From NCBI GenBank assembly GCA_046562895.1, contig CM102171.1, forward strand, positions 24,343,509 to 24,407,508: a stretch of DNA of 64,000 nucleotides. The letters are read 5' to 3'. Positions 23,150 through 33,544 of the stretch are shown one piece after another; the stretch's first letter is position 1; each line of letters opens with the position of its first letter. The translations under genes and the position numbers were made by a program. The DNA is from Trichechus inunguis (taxonomy: Eukaryota). The notes under the pieces are model-generated. The model searched no databases and was not told where the DNA came from. It was given only the letters and a program-made list of their open reading frames with translations.

Positions 23150-24450
23150 CTCTACTTGGGAGCCCACGTCCAGGCTGGATGGTTACCAACTTCAGAACAG
23201 TCCATTTTCCCGCCTTTTCTGCGCCCAGCAGCGGCCTTCGCTTACCCCTCCCAACCTCTCCCCTGAACGCAATCGCAGATCGCGGCTTCTCCTTTCCTGC
23301 CACCCGCGCCCCCTCAAAGCTTCCCCTAGCAACAAGCTCGAGCTCCGCGATAACGCGGAGCGAGCGCATGCGCCACAGCCTTGTCCGCGACCAGTGTCCG
23401 ACCGCGCGCTGGGCTCCTCCCCCTCCAGGAGTAGTTCTTGTTCCCTCCTCCAGGGTCCGCGTGGCGGGGCGCGCGCGCACTCAGGCTCAGTGGCTGCCCA
23501 TCTCCCAGACCGCGGTGGTGAGGAGAGAGGGGCGGGGCCGTTTCACTTTAGGGCTCCACCCCCTTTGGCCCGGCATCCCTACGGCGCCTGCGCGCTCCCG
23601 CCCGGTCTCCATCTTGGAATTGGGAGGAAGAGGGAGAGGGAGATCGGGACGAGACCAGGGCTGTGTTGCGGAGAGAGGCTGAGACTGAGAAGAGGAGAGG
23701 GAGAGAGGGCACGGGGACGGCCGGCAGCGTCTTAGCTACAATTTTTCCGCTGTCCTCGGAAGAGAGAAGGGGAAAAGGAGGAGGCTGGGGCGGGCGTGGG
23801 GGCTGTCACCCTCGGACCCTGGCGTGAGAGGGGCTGTGCGGCCGGACGTCCTCGGGGTGGGCCCCCTGTCCGTGGCCGAAGACCCGGGCTCAGGCTCCTG
23901 GGTCCCGAATTTCCGGGCTTGGTTCCTCGCTTCTGAAATATCCGGCATCAGCCCCTCAGATTGCAGATATCCGGGACTCGGGTCCCAAACTCTAAACCTA
24001 GGGCTCTGTTTCATTGGATTTCAAATATCTGGGGTTCAGGCCCCTCGGTGCACCAGTATCCGGGGTTCATTCCCCAGGCTTTCAAATACCGGATTCAGTC
24101 CCCCGCGCTCAAATATCCGGGGTTCAGACCCCCACAGTCAGAAATCCGGGATTCAGCAACTGTCGCCCTCGAGGAGGAGGAGGACTGGACCGCGAGGTCA
24201 GATCAGGTTGTCACCCCCTCCCCTCCAGGGGAGGCTTCCCTGGTCCGCCCCTCAGGAAGGGCGAAAGCCGAGGAAGAGGTGGCGAGGGGAAGGATCTCCT
24301 TGCCCCTCTCCCTGCTTGGCAGAGCCGCTGGAGGACCCCAGGAGAAGGCGGAGGCGCTGGGGCACCATAGTGACCCCATCCAGGTGAGAAGCGGGGTGCA
24401 GGGGCGTGGGTCCCTGTGTCTAGCACTGAGAAGAAAGGGTGCTTCTTTCT
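23150..24450 (+). promoter_or_regulatory. TAOK2: CpG island and probable TAOK2 promoter with non-coding first exon (candidate donor ccatccag|gtgagaag at 24383/24384)
   Basis: Dense CpG content, with GC boxes 'gagaggggcggggccg' (23525) and 'ggctggggcgggcgtggggg' (23790). It lies about 3 kb upstream of the TAOK2 ATG exon on the same strand. The TSS was not determined. Confidence 0.55.
23890..24165. repeat. GC-rich minisatellite, about 8 degenerate copies of a ~30-bp unit with core AAATATCCGGGGTTCAG(A/G)CCCC
   Basis: Visible tandem units include 'gaatttccgggcttggttcc', 'gaaatatccggcatcagcccc', 'agatatccgggactcgggtccc', 'aaatatctggggttcaggcccc', 'gtatccggggttcattcccc', 'aaataccggattcagtccccc', 'aaatatccggggttcagaccccc' and 'gaaatccgggattcagc'. 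Confidence 0.75.
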
Positions 24451-24833
24451 GAGAAGCTGGGCCCAAGTAGGCCATCTCCTCAGGATGGGGAATCCCAGCT
24501 GGGCCAGTGGTCAGCCTCTGGCCAGCCTTGCCTTCTGTTGCCACCCTTTTTCCCTTCCTCTTCCCTTAGTTGTGTCTGGTTGAAGGGGACCTCAGGTGAC
24601 AGGGTCTCCTAGGTCATACCTAGGATGCTTGAGCTTATCAGATGGGTTTGCACTCCTCTGTCTGTTGCCCTGTTCAGTTTGCCCCTCACAGTCACCTCTA
24701 ACATGATTATACTCCTTTTTCCTGACTGTTCTGGGGTGTTGATTCCCATGCCTCTAATCCCCATGGTGGGTCAGGATCTGCTTATCTGCTTTTGGGCCTG
24801 GTTCGGTTGGGTTTGTTGTCCTTGCAAAGAAGT

Positions 24834-24847
24834 GGGGGGGGGGGGGG
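24834..24847. repeat. G14 homopolymer
   Basis: 'aagtggggggggggggggctgg'. Confidence 0.9.
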
Positions 24848-25029
24848 CTGGCAATATTTTCTCCTAGCTGCACTTTCTAATCTTTTTGTGATGGTATGAA
24901 TAATCTCGTACATTTGTTCAGTGGTCCACCATTTACACAGTGCTTTTACATCCATTTTCTCATGTGCTCCCCCACCACATTCACCCTGTGGGGGCTCTTT
25001 ATTACTGTCTTCCCATTTTACAGTGAAGA

Positions 25030-25120
25030 ACATTAAGGCCTGGAGAGGTTGCCCAAGGTCACACTAATGGCAGAATTGGGATTTGAACCCAAGTCTTGGA
25101 TCAAGTCTTGCCCCTGCTCC
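25030..25120. repeat. MIR relic
   Basis: 'ttacagtgaagaacattaaggcctggagaggttgcccaaggtcacactaatggcagaattgggatttgaacccaagtcttgg'. Confidence 0.6.
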
Positions 25121-26439
25121 ATGTCTTTTCCCCTGAGCCTGGGTTTGGCAAGGGGTCCAGAGGAGAACAAGTTGGAGTGAGGTTTAAGAATGAGGGTTGA
25201 AATGATCTTCCTTTGCAGGAGGGTTATACTCAGGCTTTTCCTAATGGGAGGCTCTGGCTTCTGCTTTCTACCTCATGGATTTTTCTCTCTCCTGTGACCT
25301 TCATTTTTACCCTAATCCCAGATTTTGGCCCAGGTTCCTGAAAAGACTCTCTTGTGACAAATGATAGCCATAGTGGTGTCTCTTAATAGTTAAAGCCAAG
25401 CTGCTGGGGTAGGATGACCCCCAACGATTAAAGTGGTGTTGTGGCAACCGTGGAGGTGGGGAAGGAAAAATCCGTATGTTTAATATCTGTTAAGTGCTCC
25501 TAAGTATGGATCTCATTAAAATCTCAAAACAGCTGCATGTTGTAATCCATTTTACAGAAGAGAAGACTAAGTATAAGAAACTTACTCAAAGCCCTGTTGC
25601 TGTACCTTGCTGAGGGGATGTACTGACAGTGTAGCTTAGAGACCCATGGACTTGGTTTCTTCATCTGCAGAATGGAGATAACGTTGTTCAACTTAGAAGG
25701 TGGTTATGATTTAGCACAGATCTTGGTAGTCACTCAATAAATGTTCATTGATATTGTGAGGAAGAGCCACTATGTGATGTGGCACCCCTTGCATGTGGCG
25801 TGGGGTCCTGGGTTGGCATTCTTGGACTGGGTGCTGAGGAAGAGGCCAGGAAGTTTCCATTAGCAAATTGTGAGCACCTGCCTTTACATGTGGGTGTGTG
25901 GTGGGGGTGAGGGGTGCTTGGCTGCTGGTAGGAGAAGGGAGAAAGGGGCTTGCTTTTAGCAGCCTGGGAGCTGCTGAGGGCTGGGCTGAGGGCAGTCAAT
26001 CAATCTTTCAGGCTATTCTGAGTTCTCTGCGCCCTGGGGACCCACCACAGAGTCCCTCCAGCTTCCAACTGGGCTGAGGAGTCAGAATTAACAGCACAAC
26101 AGGAAACAATGCACGATAGAATGTAATTACATGCTAAATTGTTAGATGTTTTTAAGTAGCTAGAACTCTACCCTAGGAGTCCAGCTCTGCTGAAGTCTCC
26201 TTTGTATCCTTGACTTGAGCCTAAGTTCCTACAAGTGCTTAGCCTGGCCTGGAAGCCCCTCGGAAAGCCAGTCCTGCAGGAGCTTTCTCTGGATGTTTGC
26301 CTGGCTGCTCTAGGGGCTCTTCCAAAGGCTGGAGTGGTCAGGAGAGGCTTCCTGCAGGCAGGGGGCTGAGAGTAATGAGCATGCAGGCCTGACTGGAGAG
26401 GAAAAGGTCCTGTTCTCCGACCTTGGAGAAGTCATCTTT

Positions 26440-26600
26440 CTTCTCTGTGCCTCAGTGACTTCATCTGTGAAATGGTGATAATGATCCCTGCCCTACTTGT
26501 GTCATAGGACTGGTCTGAAAGCATAGTGATGCAGGACCAACTTTGGGCAAGTAGCTTGACCTTTCTGAGCCCGTTTCCTCATCTGTAAAACGTGGGTTGT
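26440..26600. repeat. Two adjacent MIR core relics
   Basis: 'ctctgtgcctcagtgacttcatctgtgaaatggtgataatg' and 'agcttgacctttctgagcccgtttcctcatctgtaaaacgtgggttgtaatatttacctcatagggttg'. Confidence 0.6.
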
Positions 26601-27406
26601 AATATTTACCTCATAGGGTTGGGTTTAGGATTGAATGATAGATAACACATGGAAAGTGCTTACTGTATGTGCTCAATAAATATTATTTGGACATTGAAAA
26701 TGCCCTGTTCCTGTGTTATGGTGCTTATGCAATTAGACTGGACAAGTAAGGCAGCCCAGATCACAGAGAAGCCCCCAAAGCCAGGCTCCACTTACATTCC
26801 TGTCCTTCCCATTCTAGATCTCGGCCGCAGTGTCGCTACTCGCTTTTGAGAGTGAGTCTCCTGGCCCCTCTGGACCAGTACCCACTTCTAACAATGGCCG
26901 GATTTCCACTGCCTCCGGCCTGGCCATTTCCTGTCCTCTTCCAGGGTGTGAGAGGTTGAGGGAGGAGGGGGCCTCGCGCTGAGGGGAACAGGAAGGTGCC
27001 TGGAAATAGTTGGGGTATGGGACTTGCAGGACTGGACACTTGGGTCTCTGGGGCTCTGGTTGGGAAGCAGAATCCTTCATTCTTGAGGGGAGAGGCCAGA
27101 GTTGGTAGGAAAATGGGAACTTGTTGAGGGCTGAGGAAGATAGGGAAGATGCTTAGCTTCCCAGAGTCTTCCTAGCAGTTTTAGGGACTCCAGGGACCCG
27201 GCCCCCGTGCTCTGGTTGCCAGGGCAACTTCATTTTCTTGAGCTTTGATGTTTCTAATCTCCCCCTGCCCTTCCTCATCAGTGCCTCCCCCTCATCAGGG
27301 AACTAGGGGAAGAGAAGGCAGAAACCCGAGGGCCTCTTTCCCTCTGTAAGGATCCCTTCTCTGTTCACCAGGCCAGACCTCACTCCCAGGGCCCCCGGGG
27401 GCCACC

Positions 27407-27538
27407 ATGCCGGCCGGGGGCCGGGCCGGGAGCCTAAAGGACCCTGATGTGGCTGAGCTCTTCTTCAAGGATGACCCTGAAAAGCTCTTCTCTGACCTCC
27501 GAGAAATTGGCCATGGGAGCTTTGGAGCTGTGTACTTT
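27407..27538 (+). CDS. TAOK2: TAOK2 coding exon 1 (ATG; the exon begins about 27372 with 5' UTR after acceptor caccag|)
   Basis: Kozak gccaccATGc. Encodes '[44 protein letters not shown]' with the kinase glycine loop GHGSFG. Donor TTT|gtgagt. Confidence 0.9.
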
Positions 27539-27709
27539 GTGAGTTGAGGCTTGGGAGGGTGGGATAAGGGTGGAAAATCTGTTCTTTCCGAGCAGCCCCT
27601 CTACAGTGCTCTCCACACCAGCCTCTCCTGCCCTCTCCTGAGCAAGCAAGTCCTCCCGCTTCTTGATTCTCACTGGGGGCCTTCACCACCTTCTGATCTG
27701 GTCTCCTAG

Positions 27710-27781
27710 GCCCGAGATGTCCGAAACAGTGAGGTGGTGGCCATCAAGAAGATGTCCTACAGTGGGAAGCAGTCAAATGAG
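27710..27781 (+). CDS. TAOK2: TAOK2 coding exon 2
   Basis: Acceptor ctcctag|GCC, donor GAG|gtgggt. Encodes 'ARDVRNSEVVAIKKMSYSGKQSNE', containing the VAIK lysine. Confidence 0.85.
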
Positions 27782-27875
27782 GTGGGTCAGTCTTGACAAG
27801 ACTGAGTAGGAGGCAGGGGACCCCAGTCTCAAGATGCAGGCTGGGTGACCCTCTCCTCCCCTGGCCTCCCTCCAG

Positions 27876-27977
27876 AAGTGGCAGGACATCATCAAAGAGG
27901 TGCGGTTCCTGCAGAAACTCCGGCATCCCAATACCATTCAGTACCGGGGCTGTTACCTGAGAGAACACACAGCTTGG
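27876..27977 (+). CDS. TAOK2: TAOK2 coding exon 3
   Basis: Acceptor tccag|AAG, donor TGG|gtaagc. Encodes '[34 protein letters not shown]'. Confidence 0.85.
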
Positions 27978-28475
27978 GTAAGCTGGCCTCCTGACTTTGG
28001 CCTGATCTTTACCCCTACTCTAGCCCATCCTCATCCTGGTCCAGGCTCTTAGGTGGGTCCTGTTCAGGATACTGCTGGGGGAAGGCTCGCCCTGACTGCT
28101 CTTGTCTTCAGACAAACCCATGAGCAGCAGTGTCAGTCCAGAAGGAGAGGCTGGCTTGAAGAGTGACATAGACTGTTAGCAGTTGGAGAAGGGCATGTGG
28201 GCTGGGGGAGGTGGAGATTGAATGGGGCTCTGAAGGGATTCTGATAGGAGTGGTGGTGAGCATTTTGGGCTCTTTGTAGGGGAGGCACTGGCTCCAAGGA
28301 CTCCTCTCCCATCGCCCCTCATTTTCTCCAGTTGCCCTTCCTCCCTGTTATTACTCTGGGGGCTGTGCCTGAATGAAGAATAGGCAAGGAAGCTCTCTGC
28401 TTTGGGTCTCTGCCCAAGGGAGCTGGGCCGGGGTGGCCAGGATCTGCTGACCTCTGACCCTTGACCCTTCCTCAG

Positions 28476-28521
28476 CTGGTGATGGAGTATTGCTTGGGCT
28501 CAGCTTCTGACCTTCTAGAAG
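28476..28521 (+). CDS. TAOK2: TAOK2 coding exon 4
   Basis: Acceptor ctcag|CTG, donor GAAG|gtgagt. Encodes 'LVMEYCLGSASDLLE'. Confidence 0.85.
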
Positions 28522-28653
28522 GTGAGTGACTCTTTGGCAGCCAAGAGGTGGGACAAGGGAGAGGAGCAGAGAAGCTATAGGAAGTGGTTAAGGGGCGCTT
28601 GCTCCGGTCCACCCTTCAGCTTCCTCAGATGATGTTTTTCTCTGACTCTCCAG

Positions 28654-28750
28654 TGCACAAGAAGCCCCTTCAGGAGGTGGAGATTGCGGCTGTGACCCAC
28701 GGGGCCCTTCAGGGCCTGGCTTACCTGCACTCCCACAACATGATCCATAG
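28654..28750 (+). CDS. TAOK2: TAOK2 coding exon 5
   Basis: Acceptor cag|TG, donor CATAG|gtacaa. Encodes '[33 protein letters not shown]'. Confidence 0.85.
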
Positions 28751-28891
28751 GTACAAGTTTGCTGATGATGGCTGGCAGTGGGGTGCCCTCTACTCAGCTG
28801 GGCTACAGCCTCTTTCTGGGAAACTGGGTGCTGAAGCCCCATCCAGCCTTCCAGAGATGCATGTCTCATCCCTGCATTTTGCCTCTGGCAG

Positions 28892-29005
28892 GGATGTGAA
28901 GGCTGGAAACATTCTGCTATCAGAGCCAGGCTTGGTGAAGCTGGGGGACTTCGGCTCTGCATCCATCATGGCACCCGCCAACTCCTTCGTGGGCACCCCG
29001 TACTG
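28892..29005 (+). CDS. TAOK2: TAOK2 coding exon 6
   Basis: Acceptor ggcag|GGAT, donor TACTG|gtgagt. Encodes the HRDVKAGN catalytic loop and DFG: '[38 protein letters not shown]'. Confidence 0.85.
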
Positions 29006-29106
29006 GTGAGTGGGAGTGAGTGGAGAGAGCTCCTGGGATGTTGGGAACAGGGGGTTGGCAGGGTCTGGGTGGGTGATGAACCTCTCTGTCCTGGCCATCC
29101 TTCCAG

Positions 29107-29198
29107 GATGGCTCCAGAGGTAATCCTGGCCATGGATGAGGGACAGTACGACGGCAAGGTGGATGTCTGGTCCTTGGGGATAACCTGCATCGAGCTGG
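29107..29198 (+). CDS. TAOK2: TAOK2 coding exon 7
   Basis: Acceptor ttccag|GATG, donor CTGG|gtaagg. Encodes '[30 protein letters not shown]', with the APE motif. Confidence 0.85.
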
Positions 29199-31361
29199 GT
29201 AAGGACACTCTCTTCTCTGCTCCCTCATCCTCTTTCCTCCCCAAACCTTTCTCTGTTACTATCCCTGTGCCATCCCATCCTCCTAGGCTTCCAAGCTCCT
29301 GTCTAGTTTGTCTGCCCTTGATTGCCAATACAGCCAGCCATCAAGTCTTGCTAGTTCTTAGATTAAAGATTTGGTAGCATTCGTCTCTTCCTGTCCAGCA
29401 TCCTGGTTCTAAATCTTTGAGTGCCCACTGTGTGCCATGCACTCTGCTAGGTTCTGGGGTATAGTAGTGAATGAGGTAGACATAGTCCCTGCCCACATGG
29501 AACTTAAATTTGAGTTGGGGAAATAGTCGTGTTTTCTCTCAGTGTGACGAAAGCTGGCTGGAGAAGTTACAGGAGCCATAAAAACCTATAACAAGGGACT
29601 TGACCTAGTTTAGGGGCTGAGGAAGACCACATCGTAGCAGAGATGTTTAAATAGACCCAGAAGACAAATAGTAGTTAGCTATTTGGAGAATGTAGGGAAG
29701 AGCATTCCATATAGAGAGGACAGCATATGCAAAAGCTGAGAGGTAAGACCAGGCATGGGAAACTGAGACTAGCTTTGGTTGTTTAGAACATAGCGTGTAA
29801 CACAAAGAACAGTGAGTGAGAAGGCCAGAGAGTTAGGCTAGAGTGAGTTCTTGAGACCTTGCTTCTTGTCTCTGCCATCCTACACAACTGAAACAATTAT
29901 TTAGTGAGTTGGCATTTGTGAGGCCCCTAACACAGTGCCAGGCACTAAATTGTTGCCGTTAGTTATTCTTATTACCAACTTCCTACAGTGATCTTTTCTA
30001 CCACCAGTCTCTTCTCCCTCCCACTTTTTTATATTACTGATGCCAGAGAAATGTACTTAAGCTCAGTTTTATCCCCCTACTCAGACACAGTGCCATGTCC
30101 ATCCTCCCTTACAATAGACTAAAGGTTCTGTTTTCCTAGGGGCTGGCTCTCACCTTCACAAGCTCCACCCTCAGTCTGTGCCTTGAACTTCCCCACTTCT
30201 CTTGCCTTGGTTTGTATCTTGTCGTCTACCTGAGGTGAAAGACTTGGACATGGCCTTTCCCTCCACCTCTACATTGCCCACGTTTATCATTTAAGGCAGG
30301 GGCCAGACGGGTGATGGAAGTATGTGAGGGAGGCCAAATATAAAAAAATATCTAGATCTGCCTGTTTTATTCCCAGTTTTTGGGAGAAACCAGGGTACAG
30401 AGAAGTATTTCTCTACCATTGAAAAAAGAATTAAACCTGATTATAAACGGCAGCTGACACTCTGGGACGCAATGGGGGATGGAGGAGGCTGGGGCAAACT
30501 GGAGGTTGCCGTTCCCATGTAAAGACGGTAGCTATTGTTTAGTTCCAGCCCATCAATATGCAGGAATGAAGACTCCAGTTTGTCAGGTCTGATTTTTTAA
30601 GAGAAACTGGAAATTTAGATTATGATCCTTTAATTATTATTTTTGACAACTAATAAAAAATCACTGTTTAGGCCAAAAATATAGATAAAACAAACCATGT
30701 GTCTTAGCCGCAGGGGGCTTCTGGCTTGCAACTTCAAATCTAAGGCCTAACTTTTAACACCCCTTTTCCAAAAGACCTTGCCTGAATTCCCTGCAAGCGT
30801 GGTAGCCTGAAGGCTTACCCCTCACCCTCAGCTTTGAAGCCATTTACCTGTCTCCTTCTTGTGCCAATTAATGCTTTAAACCTGGTATTATTTATTCAGA
30901 CCTATTTAGTCTTCCATTTAGACTGGAAGTCCCTTGAGGGCAGGAGCTGTCTCTTGTTCTTCTTTCTTTTGCTCATAACATTTAGCAATTTTTTTTGCTC
31001 TCATTTAGTACTTAATAAATACTAATTGAATCACTAACTGAATATGCTTTCTTCTGCCTTCTTTGTTGGTTTCCTGAATATTAATTTTTTTTTTATATAG
31101 CACTTCACAGTTTACCAAGTATTTTTGCGTATATTATTTTCTTTCATCCTTACTCCCCCCCATGTGCAATGGGGAAGATAGGTGTTCATTTTACAGAGGT
31201 AAGAATGAATTGAGACTCAACAGGATTATGAGAATTGTTCAAGGTTATGCAGCAAGGAAGTAAAGGAGCTGGGGTTTGAACCCAGGTCTTCTGATTTCCA
31301 TTCTAGTCTCCTCTGCCCACCTGCCACCTCTCACCTTCTCCCCCTTGACCTCTCTCTGTAG

Positions 31362-31455
31362 CGGAACGGAAACCACCACTGTTTAACATGAATGCGATGA
31401 GTGCCTTATACCACATTGCACAGAACGAGTCCCCCGTGCTCCAGTCAGGACACTG
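31362..31455 (+). CDS. TAOK2: TAOK2 coding exon 8
   Basis: Acceptor tctgtag|CGG, donor CACTG|gtgagg. Encodes '[32 protein letters not shown]'. Confidence 0.85.
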
Positions 31456-31550
31456 GTGAGGACTGGGATTTCTGGGCACAGGGGTTAGGCCATGGGATAA
31501 CGCTGCCTGGCTTATGCCCGCCCTTCCTCCCCTCAACCTGTGACTTCCAG

Positions 31551-31632
31551 GTCTGAGTACTTCCGGAATTTCGTTGACTCCTGTCTTCAGAAAATCCCTC
31601 AAGACAGGCCAACCTCAGAGGTTCTTCTAAAG
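31551..31632 (+). CDS. TAOK2: TAOK2 coding exon 9
   Basis: Acceptor cttccag|GTCT, donor AAG|gtgagg. Encodes '[27 protein letters not shown]'. Confidence 0.85.
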
Positions 31633-31689
31633 GTGAGGGCTCACAGGCCTAACATTCTCCTAAAACTATAGCTTATTAAAGCCACAAGA

Positions 31690-31880
31690 AACCCCTTGAT
31701 GAAATTGTTGTTGTTCATTGCTGTCTAGTCAGTTCTAACTCATGGTGACCCTGTGTGTGCGGAGTAGAACTGCTCTGTAGAGTTTTCTAAGGCCTGTCTT
31801 CCAAGTCGCCTCTGGGCGGGTTCAAACCACCACCTTTTTGGCTAGTAGTCGAGCACTTAACCGTTTGTGCTACCAGGGTC
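31690..31880 (-). mobile_element. Afrotherian SINE (AfroLA-like subfamily) in TAOK2 intron 9
   Basis: 'gttgttcattgctgtctagtcagttctaactcatggtgaccctgtgtgtgcggagtagaactgctctgtagagttttctaaggcc...ggttcaaaccaccacctttttggctagtagtcgagcacttaaccgtttgtgctaccagggtctcc'. Confidence 0.6.
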
Positions 31881-32586
31881 TCCTTTCAGTGAAATCAGTG
31901 GTTCTCAATACTTCCTCCACCAGGAACTTCATTTATGAATTCCCACGCCCATCCCTAGCACCCAGTGGACTCTGTGTTTTATAAGATTTGGTCTACCAGG
32001 CTGCTTTAATTTATTAATTGTTTTCCCATCTTTTGTTAATCAAAGATGTATATAAATGCAAGCCAGAGCTTCTGGTCAGCGTGAGGTAACCAGGATTACC
32101 TGATGTGATTCAGGCCCAAAGCCTGTGTAGCCTTATCATGGGTAAATGTATGGTTTCCCTAAGGTGTTTTTTGAGCTATCAAAAACGGAGGGACTCCCCA
32201 TTACCTTCATTGATCCATGGGACCTAAGATCCTTAGATTGCCTAGTTTGACTTATTCATTTTATAGTTGTGGGATACTTTGTGAGGCCAAGAGAGGCCAC
32301 GTTGACATGTCCAAGGTCACACAGCACTTTGGTAGAGGACCTGGGCTAGAACCGACATCTCACTGTTTTTGTCTGTCAGCCATGCCTGGAGGAACAAGGA
32401 ACTGTCTGGGGATAGAGAATGGGCAGAAAAGAAGGTTATTGTGGGAGGAGGTGTTGGGACAAGACCAGTATCAACCCATAGTAGGCATGGGCCCCAGGGA
32501 AGTATCTCAGGCCAGAGGGAATGCTGAGACCCCTGGGTTATTGGGGGCAGTGAGTGGCAGCAGACCTCAGTCTTCTCTCCCCACAG

Positions 32587-32754
32587 CACCGCTTTGTGCT
32601 CCGGGAGCGGCCACCCACAGTCATCATGGACCTAATCCAGAGGACCAAGGATGCTGTGCGGGAGCTGGACAACCTGCAGTACCGTAAGATGAAGAAGATA
32701 CTGTTCCAAGAGGCACCCAATGGCCCTGGCACCGAGGCCCCAGAGGAGGAGGAG
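32587..32754 (+). CDS. TAOK2: TAOK2 coding exon 10
   Basis: Acceptor ccacag|CAC, donor GAG|gtgacc. Encodes '[56 protein letters not shown]'. Confidence 0.85.
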
Positions 32755-32922
32755 GTGACCCATCTTGCCCTACCACCCTTCTTTAACCCCATGCTGTGCC
32801 TGTCTCCCAGCAGCTGCTGGCTCCTCTCCCCGCCACACACCCTCTGTCTCCTTGTGCAATCTCCATGCACACACCCCTTGTCCTTCCCCTTCCCTGCCCA
32901 ACAGCCTGCGCCCTGTCCACAG

Positions 32923-33183
32923 GAGGCGGACCCCTACATGCACCGGGCTGGGACGCTGACCAGTCTGGAGAGTAGCCACTCGGTGCCCAGCATGTCCATC
33001 AGCGCCTCCAGCCAGAGCAGCTCTGTCAACAGCCTAGCAGATGCCTCAGACAATGAGGAGGAAGAGGAGGAGGAAGAAGAAGAAGAAGAGGAGGAGGAAG
33101 GTCCTGAAGCCCGGGAGATGGCCATGATGCAAGAAGGGGAGCACACAGTCACCTCCCACAGCTCCATCATCCACCGGCTGCCG
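32923..33183 (+). CDS. TAOK2: TAOK2 coding exon 11 (contains a poly-Glu tract)
   Basis: Acceptor ccacag|GAG, donor CCG|gtatgc. Encodes '[87 protein letters not shown]'. Confidence 0.85.
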
Positions 33184-33382
33184 GTATGCAGCTCAACCTG
33201 AGTGGGCCTAGCAGAGGCAGGTAGCCAAGCCTAAGCTCTCCCCTCAGGAATCCCTTGGGTTCCCTACTCTCCCTCCCTAAGCCTGACTGCTTCTTCCCCA
33301 AGTCTGACAGGTCTCCTCAAGTAGCTCCCTTTGGGCCAAGTCTCTGTGCCTTGGGTATCCGTTCCACCTTCCCTTCCTCTAG

Positions 33383-33544
33383 GGCTCTGACAACCTGTAT
33401 GATGACCCCTACCAGCCAGAGATGACCCCAGGCCCCCTCCAGCCACCTGCAGCCCCAGCTCCCACCTCCACCACCTCCTCTGCCCGCCGCCGGGCCTACT
33501 GCCGCAACCGGGACCACTTTGCCACCATCCGCACGGCCTCCCTG
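33383..33544 (+). CDS. TAOK2: TAOK2 coding exon 12
   Basis: Acceptor ctctag|GGC, donor CTG|gtaagt. Encodes 'GSDNLYDDPYQPEMTPGPLQPPAAPAPTSTTSSARRRAYCRNRDHFATIRTASL'. Confidence 0.85.

Noticed and set aside
26819-26849. Possible small TAOK2 5' UTR exon (acceptor ttctag|ATCTCGGCCGCAG..., donor GAGA|gtgagt)
   Set aside because: Splice signals are present, but there is no coding or conservation evidence I can assess from sequence alone. Left unannotated as a feature; worth checking against RNA-seq.
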